From positions 2,549-66,548 of IMG/VR virus record IMGVR_UViG_3300037467_001397: a stretch of DNA of 64,000 nt, one strand, 5' to 3'. Shown in pieces: positions 1-8,724 of this stretch; within the stretch, counting starts at the first letter, position 1; each line of letters begins with the position of its first letter. A program made the position numbers and the translations under genes. Source of the stretch: a virus. The notes under the pieces are model-generated. The model worked only from the letters and a program-made list of their open reading frames with translations, was not told where the DNA came from and searched no databases.

Positions 1-329
1 CAGCACTCGTGCTGGTAGAGCGGCAGGTTCGACGGCGCGAAGGCCGCGATGTCCGCGGGCTGGATCGTGAAGGTGACCTGCACAGTGCCCGCGCTGGGGA
101 CGCTGACGGCCAGGCCGCTCGTCTTGTGCGCGAACACGGTCGAGAGGGTCGTGGCCTGCGACGGCGCGAGGCCGGTCGGTGGCTTCGGGCCCGCCCGCCA
201 CTCCGCCGTGGCGGAGCCGGTGCTGTAGGCGCCGGTCGGGTCCGGGACCGTGACCGACACCGTCTTGGAGGCGCCTTGGTAGACCGTGAGCGCCTGGCCC
301 AGCATCGGGCCGGTGGTGTCGGCCGGCAT
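1..329 (-). CDS. Hypothetical virion-associated protein, runs off the window edge
   Basis: Not in the ORF track. Manual translation from ATG at 329 (MPADTTGPMLGQALTVYQGASKTVSVTVPD...LYQHEC) is open to position 1. Beta-strand-like composition; follows 340..777 on the same strand. Confidence 0.6.
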   Translation of the reverse strand, partial: MPADTTGPMLGQALTVYQGASKTVSVTVPDPTGAYSTGSATAEWRAGPKPPTGLAPSQATTLSTVFAHKTSGLAVSVPSAGTVQVTFTIQPADIAAFAPSNLPLYQHEC

Positions 330-339
330 GACCTAAGCC

Positions 340-777
340 CTACGCGTGCGAGATCGCAGCGGACGTAACCGACACCGTCTGGCCCGAGGAAATCGAGGCC
401 GAGGCCAGGATCACGTCGGTGGCGGAGGTGCCAGCGGTCAGGCCGCCGACAGTGATCGTGCCGGCGTTGTTGATGATCGCGGCGTTCGCGGCCGTGCCGG
501 AGCCGGTGGCCGAGGCCGACTGCGTCGAGGACACCAGCGTCAGCGTCGTGCCGGAGGCCGAAATGCCGCCGGTCGGCAGCGGGATGATCGCGAGCACGCC
601 GGTCGTGCCGGTCGTGATCGAGGCCGTGCCCGCCGTGTTGACGAACGAGGAGGTGCCGATCACGAGGCTCGGAGCGGTCGCAGAGCCGGTCGAGGCCGCG
701 TAGGTGAGGCCCTTGAGGGTGTCGGCCACGACCTGAAGCCGCTGCGTCTTCGCAGCGGCGATGTAATTCACAGACAT
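340..777 (-). CDS. Phage structural-type hypothetical protein
   Basis: 145 aa, Ala/Thr/Ser/Gly rich, nearly uncharged; AAGGA RBS upstream; tightly packed in a minus-strand operon. Confidence 0.75.
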   Translation of the reverse strand: MSVNYIAAAKTQRLQVVADTLKGLTYAASTGSATAPSLVIGTSSFVNTAGTASITTGTTGVLAIIPLPTGGISASGTTLTLVSSTQSASATGSGTAANAAIINNAGTITVGGLTAGTSATDVILASASISSGQTVSVTSAAISHA

Positions 778-786
778 GGAGGGTCC

Positions 787-1770
787 TTAGAGGGAGAGCC
801 GCCCTGTCAGGCTGGCCGACGTTGGAAGTCTCCCGGCGAGCAGCGCGGGGGTCGGAATGCGACCCGAGAGCCTGGCGCTCGGGATCGGATAGGTGAGCGT
901 CGAGGCCGTCGCTTGGTCAGCCGCCTCCGTCGCCGCGAGGGCCATGATGACGATGCCGGAGAAGCCGACGATGGCGGCCGCGTCCCGAGCCTCGCTCGAC
1001 GCCATGGCGGCGTTCGTGTTGATGCCGAGGCTGGCGGCCGCGGCATCCAATGCCTCGCTCGCCGCCAGGGTCGCTTGGGTCGCGAGCGTGACCGCGAGCG
1101 CGGCCTGATCGGCCGGCTCCGTGGCGGCAAACAACGCAGCCACGCTGATCGTGCCGGCCGCAGCCGCGGTGTCGGCCAGCTCCGAGGCGGTCAACGTCGC
1201 CGCGACCGTGGAGAGGCTGGAGATCGCCGCAGTATCGGAAGCTTCCGTCGCCGAGAAGCTCGCCGAGACGGCTGGCGCCACCGCGATCGAGGCCGCGTCC
1301 GTCGCTTCCGTCGCCGAGATCGAGGCGTTCGTCTTCGCCGAGACCGCCGTGGAGGCAGTGTCGGCCGTTTCCGTCGCCGCTAGGGTAGCGTTGACGCCAC
1401 CGCCGAGGTTGACGGAGGCCGTGTCGGCAGGCTCGGCGGCCGATAGGCTCGCCGAGGTCGTGACAGACGCCGAGACCGAAGCCGCGTCGGCGGATTCTGT
1501 CGCGCTGAGCGCCGCGTTGACGCCGCCGCCGAGGTTGATGGCGGCCGTGTCTGACGCCTCAGTCGCGGAGAGCGAGGCCGAGACCGAGCTGCCCGCGCCG
1601 ATCGATGCCGTGTCAGCCGCTTCCGTCGCGGACAGGCTGACGTTCGTCGAAACGTCAGCGCTGAGCGCCGCGGTATCGGCCGCTTCCGTCGCCGCCAGCG
1701 TCGCGGTCTGCGTGCTCGTGCTGGCCGAGCCCTGCGCGAGCGTGGTGGAAGGGGCTCTGACGCGGAGCAT
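787..1770 (-). CDS. Tandem-repeat protein (13 x ~21 aa, ATEAADTA core)
   Basis: Repeats are directly visible in the translation; C-terminal ARLSGR/LLAGR/LTGR tail. Confidence 0.85.
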   Translation of the reverse strand: MLRVRAPSTTLAQGSASTSTQTATLAATEAADTAALSADVSTNVSLSATEAADTASIGAGSSVSASLSATEASDTAAINLGGGVNAALSATESADAASVSASVTTSASLSAAEPADTASVNLGGGVNATLAATETADTASTAVSAKTNASISATEATDAASIAVAPAVSASFSATEASDTAAISSLSTVAATLTASELADTAAAAGTISVAALFAATEPADQAALAVTLATQATLAASEALDAAAASLGINTNAAMASSEARDAAAIVGFSGIVIMALAATEAADQATASTLTYPIPSARLSGRIPTPALLAGRLPTSASLTGRLSL

Positions 1771-1773
1771 CGT

Positions 1774-2541
1774 TTAGCCTCCGATCAGGGGCGGGCGGTT
1801 CTTGAAGGGGTGCGTGGCGTTCAGCACGTCAACCGAGCCCCATTTCCACGCGAGATAGCCTTCAAGGCGCTGCCGGTCGGTGTCGCTCAATTGGCTGGCC
1901 GAGACGACAATCTCGCCCATGTCTCCGTTTAAGTAATAGCTGTTATTGAACAACGCCCCGATACGGACTTGCGACGCGGCATAAGACGTGACCGTTGATG
2001 TGCTGACCGATCCAGCCGTTCCGTCAAACCAGATGCGACGGCGCGAGAGGGTTTCATCTCCGCACGCCGTGCGCCAACGATTGCCAGCAATCCCACTGGC
2101 GGCCACGGCATCGCCGCTTGTGCCACCGGCCCGCATTTTGATTGTGGACGCTTCGAAGAAGAACGATGCCGTTCTGTTGAGGACGCCGTTGTCTGAAAAT
2201 TCAGAAAAAACCCCGTTACCGCCAGAAACCCTGAAGGCCGAGGCGAATGTCATCCCGGCGTTGGTCGTGAACCCGCTCAGAGCGCTCGTGCGCGCGTAGA
2301 ACTGCGAATTGGCGCTGGCGAACCGAACGCAAGGCAACCCATTGATGCTGATGGCGAGCGCCGGCTGCGATCCTGCGGTTGCCTGCGAGACATCGTTCCC
2401 GAAGCCCGATGCATCGCGCCAGACGCCCGGCGTCGCGTTGACCGCATCCAGCCATAGCCCCAATTGCGATTGGATCTGTGCCGGCGTCCACAACCGCCCC
2501 TGAAGCCGCGCCTCGTCGAGAGCCGAGACACCGCGGGGCAT
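1774..2541 (-). CDS. LamG/ConA-like lectin-fold virion-associated protein
   Basis: LWTPAQ..LGLWLDA N-terminus, IGA..YYLNGDMGEIVV LamG-type motif, RQRLEGYLAWKWG..HPF C-terminus, all typical of phage LamG-like proteins. Confidence 0.7.
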   Translation of the reverse strand: MPRGVSALDEARLQGRLWTPAQIQSQLGLWLDAVNATPGVWRDASGFGNDVSQATAGSQPALAISINGLPCVRFASANSQFYARTSALSGFTTNAGMTFASAFRVSGGNGVFSEFSDNGVLNRTASFFFEASTIKMRAGGTSGDAVAASGIAGNRWRTACGDETLSRRRIWFDGTAGSVSTSTVTSYAASQVRIGALFNNSYYLNGDMGEIVVSASQLSDTDRQRLEGYLAWKWGSVDVLNATHPFKNRPPLIGG

Positions 2542-2969
2542 CAGCTTGCACTCTCGTCGAACGGCACGACGATGACGCTGTTGCCGCTCGCCGCCAGCGC
2601 GACGCCCGCGTTGTTGGTGATCGCGACGTAGATGTTGCCTGGGTAGAGCCGGATCATCGGCACCGTAACCACCTTGGCGCTCGCGCCCGTTGTCAAAGGC
2701 ACGGTGTACGCGTCACCGCCGCCCTGGGCTGCCGTGTTGTCCGGCGCCGTGCCGTTGACGGAGACGAACACCCGCACGGTGATCGAGCCGCCCGTCGTCG
2801 GGGTGATCGAGCCGAGGTTGATCAGCAGGCCGGCGTACAGGTCCAAATTGGTCCCGTTCGCGTAGCTCGTCAGGAAGGCGCTCGTTGAGCCGTTGGCGAG
2901 GCCGTCGAGCGCCGTGCCGGCCAGGTTGGCCGAGGCGGTGCCAGGGGTTGCCCATTTCGCTGTGGTCAC
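2541..2969 (-). CDS. Phage structural-type hypothetical protein
   Basis: 142 aa, beta-rich; overlaps both neighbours (translational coupling). Confidence 0.75.
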   Translation of the reverse strand: MTTAKWATPGTASANLAGTALDGLANGSTSAFLTSYANGTNLDLYAGLLINLGSITPTTGGSITVRVFVSVNGTAPDNTAAQGGGDAYTVPLTTGASAKVVTVPMIRLYPGNIYVAITNNAGVALAASGNSVIVVPFDESAS

Positions 2970-3427
2970 GCCTTAGCTCCCCGAGCGAGGCCGACCGCAC
3001 GCGCATCGACGGGCTGGCCGTTGTTGTTGATGTCGGCCCAGGAGGCCGGGAGGGTTCCGAGCGCCAGGAGCGCGTCGTGCGTCGGCTGGTCGATCAGCGT
3101 CGCGCCGAGCAGGCTATCGACCATGCCCTTGACCGCGGCGGCGGTCTGCGGGTCCGTCATGCGGAAGGTCGTCAGGTACTGATGCGCATCCCGAACCGTG
3201 ACGCACAGCGCGCGGATCTGCGCCGGCTTAGTCGTATCATCGGCGGTGAGGCAGATCGCGCCCCAGGCGCCCGAGGTCATCAGGATCGCGCGGGCGTCGC
3301 TGATCTGCGCGTCCACCGTCTTGGTGCCATTGGCGTCAGCGTCCGGCGCGTTGAGCGCGTCGGCGATCTGCCAATCGGGTTCGTCGGCAGCGAAGGTCGC
3401 GACCTTGTCGGCGAGGGTTTGGGCCAC
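2966..3427 (-). CDS. Hypothetical phage protein
   Basis: 153 aa, GTG start with GGAG upstream, 4-nt overlap with the next gene. Confidence 0.7.
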   Translation of the reverse strand: MAQTLADKVATFAADEPDWQIADALNAPDADANGTKTVDAQISDARAILMTSGAWGAICLTADDTTKPAQIRALCVTVRDAHQYLTTFRMTDPQTAAAVKGMVDSLLGATLIDQPTHDALLALGTLPASWADINNNGQPVDARAVGLARGAKA

Positions 3428-3666
3428 GGGGATCTCCGAAAAATGGCCGCTGGTGGCCGTCTCATGCCCCGGGGCACATATTCCCTGCCCGGACCGCTCG
3501 TCGCCGCCCTTGGCCCGTTTCTGTGGATTCTACGGCCTATCCGTGCGCGCGGGCGTCCATACGTGCGCAGATGCGCGCTCGGATCGCCAGAATTGGCCCG
3601 TGGCGGCGTTCGTGCGGTTTCAGGTGCCGTTGGACGGTTCTCGGGCGTCGGGCGCCTACGGGCTTC

Positions 3667-3864
3667 CTAATGGATTTCCGGCTCTTTGCGCTCGTGCGCC
3701 ACGCAACCGAAGTCGTCGAAGGTCGTCAGGGCGCCGTGCCCCGGGCCGACCGGGACGCGCTCGTCCAGGCTGCCGCACCGCCCGCGGGGATGCTTGGGCT
3801 CCTTCTCGCCCTCGATCGCGCGGTCCTCCGGGCGCCAGAACTTGCAGGTCGAGCAGGTCGGCAT
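3667..3864 (-). CDS. Small Cys-rich (CxxC...C...C) protein
   Basis: MPTCSTCKFW...GRCG...FGCVAH; ATG at 3864 directly follows a copy of the GCGTGACGGAG leader. Confidence 0.6.
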   Translation of the reverse strand: MPTCSTCKFWRPEDRAIEGEKEPKHPRGRCGSLDERVPVGPGHGALTTFDDFGCVAHERKEPEIH

Positions 3865-3904
3865 CAGGGGCTCCGTCACGCGATGGGTCTGGTATTTTTT
3901 CGGG

Positions 3905-4126
3905 TCAGGCAAACAGCGAAGGCCGCCACCCCGGCGACCGGCTGTTGAACTCGCTCGCCGGCTGAACGCGCGGCAAAGGCGCCTCCACCTTGCGGATCGT
4001 GCGCATCACGTAGCTCGTCACCGCCGCCAGGTCGCCCGCGTACAGGACCGCCTTGTCCCGGCCGACGACCGTGTAGCCGCCGTCACGCGCCGCCTCGATG
4101 GTCAGGCGGTCAGGAGTGTCGGACAT
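3905..4126 (-). CDS. Hypothetical protein
   Basis: 73 aa; start preceded by the shared leader/RBS. Confidence 0.65.
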   Translation of the reverse strand: MSDTPDRLTIEAARDGGYTVVGRDKAVLYAGDLAAVTSYVMRTIRKVEAPLPRVQPASEFNSRSPGWRPSLFA

Positions 4127-4310
4127 CAGAGGGCTCCGTCACGCGCGTAGGGTGGTTTTTTGGGGCGCGGGCACCGGGTCGAACGGTCAACCAGGGCTAA
4201 GGAGGCCGATCGCTCCCCCATACAGCCGGCGGTCAGCCTCTCCAGTGAGGCCGCCCTCGCGCTTTGCGCAGACGGATTTCGGGCCTCGTCACGCGCGATG
4301 TGTGGATTTT

Positions 4311-4577
4311 TCAGACCTTCCGACGCACAATCGCAGCTATGGCCTGCTCGGCTGTCGGTGCTGGGGTGATCTTGGCGGTCTCGGCATCCAGGCTGCCGTT
4401 GCGGCGCGGATCGAGCCAATCAGCCTTTGGCGTACAGGCGAACGCTTCCAGCATACGAGCGGCCAAGTCTGGGCACATCTCCATCGCGTGTCCGTAAGAC
4501 ACCCCGAAGTACATGAGCGCCACGACGACGTCTGGAGCGTAGTGGCTCCCGATGGTCTCTTTCGAATCCTCGGCCAT
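4311..4577 (-). CDS. Hypothetical protein
   Basis: ATG at 4577 (MAEDSKETIG) follows the shared leader/RBS GGAGG. Confidence 0.55.
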   Translation of the reverse strand: MAEDSKETIGSHYAPDVVVALMYFGVSYGHAMEMCPDLAARMLEAFACTPKADWLDPRRNGSLDAETAKITPAPTAEQAIAAIVRRKV

Positions 4578-4978
4578 CAGGACCTCCGTCACGCGCGATG
4601 TGGTAATTTTTTCCTAGCCGTCACACACGAGGTGTGCTGTGCGGGGTGGGGTGCGGGCCCAGGCGCGCTCGACCCACACCATGGGGGGGGTGGTCGCCGG
4701 CCTCCCCTGCCTGCCGACGGCAGCCGGCGCCCGCTGTGCCACTAGGCTCAAGACCATGAGGCACGACCGTGCCAAAAGCCCCGATCCGACCCGTGTGGCA
4801 CGGTGCGAGGGCATGCGGCAGGCCGTGCCACTAGAGCCTGCCTATTGGCGCAGTGATTCCGACAGAGGGGCCTGCGCTGCATTGCAGCAATGTGAAGCAG
4901 AACGATGAAAAATATTGGCTTGAAAGCAGTGATCGATGCCGTAATAGAGGCACATATCATCATGCTTGTGGGAACAGA

Positions 4979-5365
4979 ATGTCTAAATCCCGTGATCCGA
5001 TGGTTGCTGCCGAAGCAAGGCGGCTCACCCCATACTGCAAGCGGTGCGGCACACCCAGGGCGCTACACGCGCACCATGTGGTGCCAATGGCAGACGGTGG
5101 CGCCGATGCTGTCGAAAACATCGACGTGCTATGCGAGCGGTGCCACAATGAATGGCACTACCTGCTCGAGGGAGTTGTGCCGTACGATCGCTTCTTCGAA
5201 ACCATTCCCGCGCACATTCTGCAAGCGATGCTGCTGTCAGACGAGGGGCGGCAGCTCTCGCTTGAGCACATTCACGGCGCTTGGGTGGAGTACAGCGTTG
5301 GGCGCGTCGGATTCTATGTGAGCGACGCGCTTCGGGAGGCGTTCAGCACCGGCGCCGCCAAGTAG
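4979..5365 (+). CDS. HNH endonuclease
   Basis: CKRCG..LHAHHVVPMADGGADAVENIDVLCERCHNEWH, a canonical zinc-binding HNH; adjacent to terS. Confidence 0.85.
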   Translation: MSKSRDPMVAAEARRLTPYCKRCGTPRALHAHHVVPMADGGADAVENIDVLCERCHNEWHYLLEGVVPYDRFFETIPAHILQAMLLSDEGRQLSLEHIHGAWVEYSVGRVGFYVSDALREAFSTGAAK

Positions 5366-5373
5366 AGCACAGG

Positions 5374-5985
5374 TCACAGCACAGGCTTGTCGGGGCCAGG
5401 CTCATCCGGGGCGATGACGGTCGCATCCTGCTTGATCGTCGACGCCGCGTCGGTGTGGTCGCCCGTGAGCTTGGTAGCGTCCACCGAGAACGCCTTGGGA
5501 AGGAAGCGTTCCATAAGCCATTTCCGGACTTCGACCCGTGCCTTCGAGCGCTCGACCGCCTCCCTATTGAGACGGGTCTCGGTCGCACCGCCGAACGTGC
5601 GCTTTTCCTCCCAATCGTTCGAGCTGTCGTCAATGATCCGCACGATGATGTCGGCTTGCGCGGTCGCCCAGGACGCCCTTGCGCGCGTTAGGTCCGACGA
5701 AAAAGACTCGTCGCGCTGCGCCCACTTCATCACCGTCGTGCGCTCCGGCATGTGCGGGCTGTCGCACACATCCATGAGCGTCTCGCCCGCACCGATGCGC
5801 TGTAGCAGCTCTGCGCGGACCTCTGGCGTCATCACCGACGGCCGACCGCCCGTGCTGGGCAGTGTCGCGGCGACGGCCCCCGTCGCTTCGGCATGCCGCG
5901 CCGCCTTGCTCTTGGTGGTCCGCTTCGCCTTGGGCGCGTCGCTGGCAACAGCCGGCGCCGTCGCCGGCCTCTTGGTGCCAGCCAT
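5374..5985 (-). CDS. terS: Terminase small subunit (Sf6 gp1-like)
   Basis: HTH (ELLQRIGAGETLMDVC..MPERTTVMKW), F..ARA..ADII.IID.S.ND, and AVERSKARVEVRKWLMER..PK, typical of this TerS family. Confidence 0.8.
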   Translation of the reverse strand: MAGTKRPATAPAVASDAPKAKRTTKSKAARHAEATGAVAATLPSTGGRPSVMTPEVRAELLQRIGAGETLMDVCDSPHMPERTTVMKWAQRDESFSSDLTRARASWATAQADIIVRIIDDSSNDWEEKRTFGGATETRLNREAVERSKARVEVRKWLMERFLPKAFSVDATKLTGDHTDAASTIKQDATVIAPDEPGPDKPVL

Positions 5986-6043
5986 CCGCTCATCTCGCTT
6001 GTGTGGTTGCGCGGCTCGAGCCGCATCGAGCGGCGTCGCCGCT

Positions 6044-6583
6044 TTCTGAGAATTCTAAGAGATTTCTAAGAAAATTCTGAACGTTCGTTCAGAAACAGGC
6101 CATTTACGGCAGCTACGGCAGTTCGTACGGCAGTTCGTTTTAGCCTGGTGCCGTACTGCCGACCCCTTGATCTTAAAGGGAAACGTGCCGCGAAACTCGG
6201 GACCAAAACCGGTACGGCACTTAGAACGCCTATTACCGCTCTACACGGGGAATAAATGCGGGCCCGCGCAACCGCGGCGTGCAGGCGCGCCCCTTTCCTA
6301 TTTTTCTCTCACCCGTGGAGTAAGAGAAAAACTGCCGTACTGCCGGAACCCCCGAGGGCGGGGCGGTGAACTCCTTGCGGATCAACGACTTGGCGGAACG
6401 GCACTAGCTCCGGACCAACTGCCGTACGAACTGCCGTAATGCAAAACGGTGCCGTAATCGCTTTTCCGTTGCGGTTCGCCGCACCACGCTCTTGACGGTG
6501 GAAAACCGCAACACCATTCTCTGTTGCGCAGCCTAGCTCGGCCCAACTGCCGCCGCTCGGCTTCCTAAGAGATTTCTAAGAAA
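6044..6583. repeat. Repeat-rich intergenic region (candidate packaging site or origin)
   Basis: Perfect 22-bp inverted repeat 6114-6135/6417-6438; nine copies of (C/G)TGCCGTA or its complement; 19-bp direct repeat CTAAGAGATTTCTAAGAAA at 6055-6073 and 6565-6583. Confidence 0.85.
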
Positions 6584-6596
6584 CCGGAGCGCGACC

Positions 6597-7136
6597 ATGG
6601 TAGCGACACGCCCGCCGACGATGCAGGAGCTTTTGGACTCGAAGGGCCACGACACGGTGTCCCGCGTCATCGGGTTCCGGCGGGACAGTCCGACGATGTC
6701 GGCAACGGCCATTGCCATGTGGCTCAACATTTCGCCGGCTCGCGTCTCAAAGATCCTTCGCGATGCTGGGATGCCGAAACAGTCCATGGCCGAGAAGCGC
6801 CGTCTACGGCGCGATGCAAAGGCCGGCGTTCGGGTCACGCGCTCGACCGCGCTAGAGTCCGGACATGAGTTCGCCTGCATCGTGCGAGAGTTGGGCCTCT
6901 CGATTGAGGAGGCTGCACGCTTGTTCGGGCGCGATGCCGCGACCATCCGCAGCTACTGCACCGGCAAGCGGGTTCCGCCGTACATGGCGCGGTTCGCCTA
7001 TCTCGCACTGGCCCTTGGCACCGACAGGGCGCGGGAACTCATGCGCCAGGGGCGCACGATGGCGCAGGGCGCGGTCGCCAAGAAAAAAGCAAAAACGCTC
7101 TCGACCCCTGTTGACACCAGAGAATCATCTCGCTAA
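6597..7136 (+). CDS. Tandem double-HTH DNA-binding protein (paralogue of 11176..11616)
   Basis: HTH1 SATAIAMWLNISPARVSKIL; XRE-like HTH2 LGLSIEEAARLFGRDAATIRSYCTG. Confidence 0.75.
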   Translation: MVATRPPTMQELLDSKGHDTVSRVIGFRRDSPTMSATAIAMWLNISPARVSKILRDAGMPKQSMAEKRRLRRDAKAGVRVTRSTALESGHEFACIVRELGLSIEEAARLFGRDAATIRSYCTGKRVPPYMARFAYLALALGTDRARELMRQGRTMAQGAVAKKKAKTLSTPVDTRESSR

Positions 7137-7139
7137 GTT
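7111..7139 (+). promoter_or_regulatory. Sigma70-type promoter P1
   Basis: TTGACA-N17-TAAGTT with upstream A-tracts. Confidence 0.85.
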
Positions 7140-7182
7140 AGCTTCATCGCCACCGGGCAGCAGCCCAACGGGAGACACGGAA

Positions 7183-7338
7183 ATGACCAAGATGATCACC
7201 AAGCTCTTCGCTGACCGGGTCGAGGTCCAGAAGCGACGCTTTATGAACGGCTACACCGTGATGCGGATCACCACTACCTGGAGCGGCAAGGTCCGCTCAG
7301 TCGAGGTCCTCGAGAAGAAGATCCTCTGGACACTCTGA
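7183..7338 (+). CDS. Small basic hypothetical protein
   Basis: 51 aa after P1, leader and GGAG RBS. Confidence 0.7.
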   Translation: MTKMITKLFADRVEVQKRRFMNGYTVMRITTTWSGKVRSVEVLEKKILWTL

Positions 7339-7384
7339 GGGGCTCCGGCCCCTCCCCTTCCCTCATCTCGCACGGAGCAGACCA

Positions 7385-7501
7385 ATGACCTTCTACCGCT
7401 TCATTCTCCCCGCCGGCGGTGTCCTGGATCTCGACTTCCGCACCGGTGAGCAGGCCGCGGCGCATGCCGACTACCTGCGGGCTCGTTTCTTCAAGCTGTG
7501 A
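7385..7501 (+). CDS. Small hypothetical protein (38 aa)
   Basis: Manual translation MTFYRFILPAGG...FFKL; GGAG RBS. Confidence 0.5.
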   Translation: MTFYRFILPAGGVLDLDFRTGEQAAAHADYLRARFFKL

Positions 7502-7526
7502 CCCGAAAAAACTTCACTCGGCCTAG

Positions 7527-7555
7527 TTGACACCACCAAACCAATCGGCTAACTT
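7527..7555 (+). promoter_or_regulatory. Sigma70-type promoter P2
   Basis: TTGACA-N17-TAACTT with upstream A-tract. Confidence 0.85.
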
Positions 7556-7596
7556 ACACCCATCGCAACCGGGCAGCAGCCCAAGGAGATACGGAA

Positions 7597-7899
7597 ATGG
7601 CCAACGTCGACGACCCGCACATGATCTCGGATGAGGCTCTGGACGCGCTCTATAGTGACGAGGACACGCTGGCCCGCGCCTTCGCCTGCGAGCATACCGG
7701 CGAGATGACGCGCGAGACCTGGGAGCGCATCCAGGCGGACAAACCCGCTCAGGCGCGGCCCTTCCTGCTCGCCATGAAGCGCGGGCGCTACCGTGAGACC
7801 GGCGCGTACACGCAGGCCGTCCTGGGGGCTCGCATGGCCAACAAGCGGCGGCCAAAGCCGCGCCTGATGGCTGGCCCATGGTGCGGGTGGCGCTCCTAA
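7597..7899 (+). CDS. Hypothetical protein
   Basis: 100 aa; AAGGAG RBS after the leader. Confidence 0.75.
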   Translation: MANVDDPHMISDEALDALYSDEDTLARAFACEHTGEMTRETWERIQADKPAQARPFLLAMKRGRYRETGAYTQAVLGARMANKRRPKPRLMAGPWCGWRS

Positions 7900-8006
7900 C
7901 CAAGACCGAAACCTAGGGAGGGCCAACCCTCCCGACGGTCGCACCGTGACGCGGTGCCTGATGAGGTCACGCAACCGGGCAGCAGCCCACAATCGGAGAC
8001 ACGACA

Positions 8007-8183
8007 ATGCGCGCTCGCGACTACTGCGCCCATGTGGCGGCCTACTATGACCAGGACGCCCAACGCCTCGCATTCAGCTCAGATCAAGCGGCTTACGATC
8101 GCGCTTGGGCGAAGGCTTGGGCTTGGCATCGCCGGGCGGAGAAGGGGATCTTGATCGGAGCATGGCTCGGCCGGGCGGCATAG
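8007..8183 (+). CDS. Small hypothetical protein (58 aa)
   Basis: Manual translation MRARDYCAHV...WLGRAA; leader copy plus GGAG RBS. Confidence 0.6.
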   Translation: MRARDYCAHVAAYYDQDAQRLAFSSDQAAYDRAWAKAWAWHRRAEKGILIGAWLGRAA

Positions 8184-8214
8184 CCTGTCATCGAAAAAAC
8201 TTCGCTTGGCCTAG

Positions 8215-8243
8215 TTGACACCAAGCGATCACTTCGCTAAGTT
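8215..8243 (+). promoter_or_regulatory. Sigma70-type promoter P3
   Basis: TTGACA-N17-TAAGTT with upstream A-tract. Confidence 0.85.
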
Positions 8244-8284
8244 AGATCTATCGCAACCGGGCAGACGCCCTAGGAGATACGAAG

Positions 8285-8524
8285 ATGGCCAAGCACCCCA
8301 CCATCAAGCTCACCGTCCTGGCCGGCGAGGGCTACATTGTCGAGAACGGCGGCGATGTCGGCAACAAGGTCTTTCACTTCCTGATGGGGATGAGCCGCAA
8401 GGGTTGGCTCGGCCGCGTCGCCTCAATGAAGGGTCACGGCCTGTACCTGGCCGGGATCGATCGGCTGGCCGGCTTCAAGGCGTACTGCGAGGCGCAAGGC
8501 TTCGTCGTGGTCACCTCTGCCTAG
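8285..8524 (+). CDS. Hypothetical protein
   Basis: 79 aa; AGGAG RBS after the leader. Confidence 0.75.
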   Translation: MAKHPTIKLTVLAGEGYIVENGGDVGNKVFHFLMGMSRKGWLGRVASMKGHGLYLAGIDRLAGFKAYCEAQGFVVVTSA

Positions 8525-8618
8525 ACCCATCGCCTCGAGGCCGTGCGCACAACGCGGCCTCGCACGATGTGCCTAGCTCACATCACACCGCAACCGGGCA
8601 GACGCCCCAGGAACGATC

Positions 8619-8723
8619 ATGACAGCCATTATAGCAATCGCGCTCGCATGCGCGGCGACCGCCACCGGTGCCCTCTGGGCGGCGGGTCATACCTACCTCA
8701 ATCTGAAGCAGGGGGACCGCTAA
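8619..8723 (+). CDS. Small membrane peptide (34 aa)
   Basis: MTAIIAIALACAATATGALWAAG hydrophobic stretch; leader copy plus AGGA. Confidence 0.55.
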   Translation: MTAIIAIALACAATATGALWAAGHTYLNLKQGDR

Positions 8724-8724
8724 C

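Larger units (their letters stand above)
3862..4612 (-). repeat. Four copies of a leader motif A5-6..CATCGCGCGTGACGGAG-N6-7-ATG
   Basis: Copies at about 3862-3901, 4124-4160, 4284-4311 (degenerate, no ATG) and 4575-4612; three end exactly at a start codon. Confidence 0.8.

Noticed and set aside
4905-5321. Alternative-frame ORF overlapping the HNH gene
   Set aside because: No motifs; the overlapping frame carries a complete HNH signature.
6055-6583. CtrA boxes (TTAG-N7-TTAG on the minus strand at 6055-6069 and 6565-6579)
   Set aside because: Spacing matches TTAA-N7-TTAA but both half-sites mismatch; kept only as part of the repeat region. The near-match at 16175-16189 has the wrong spacing.
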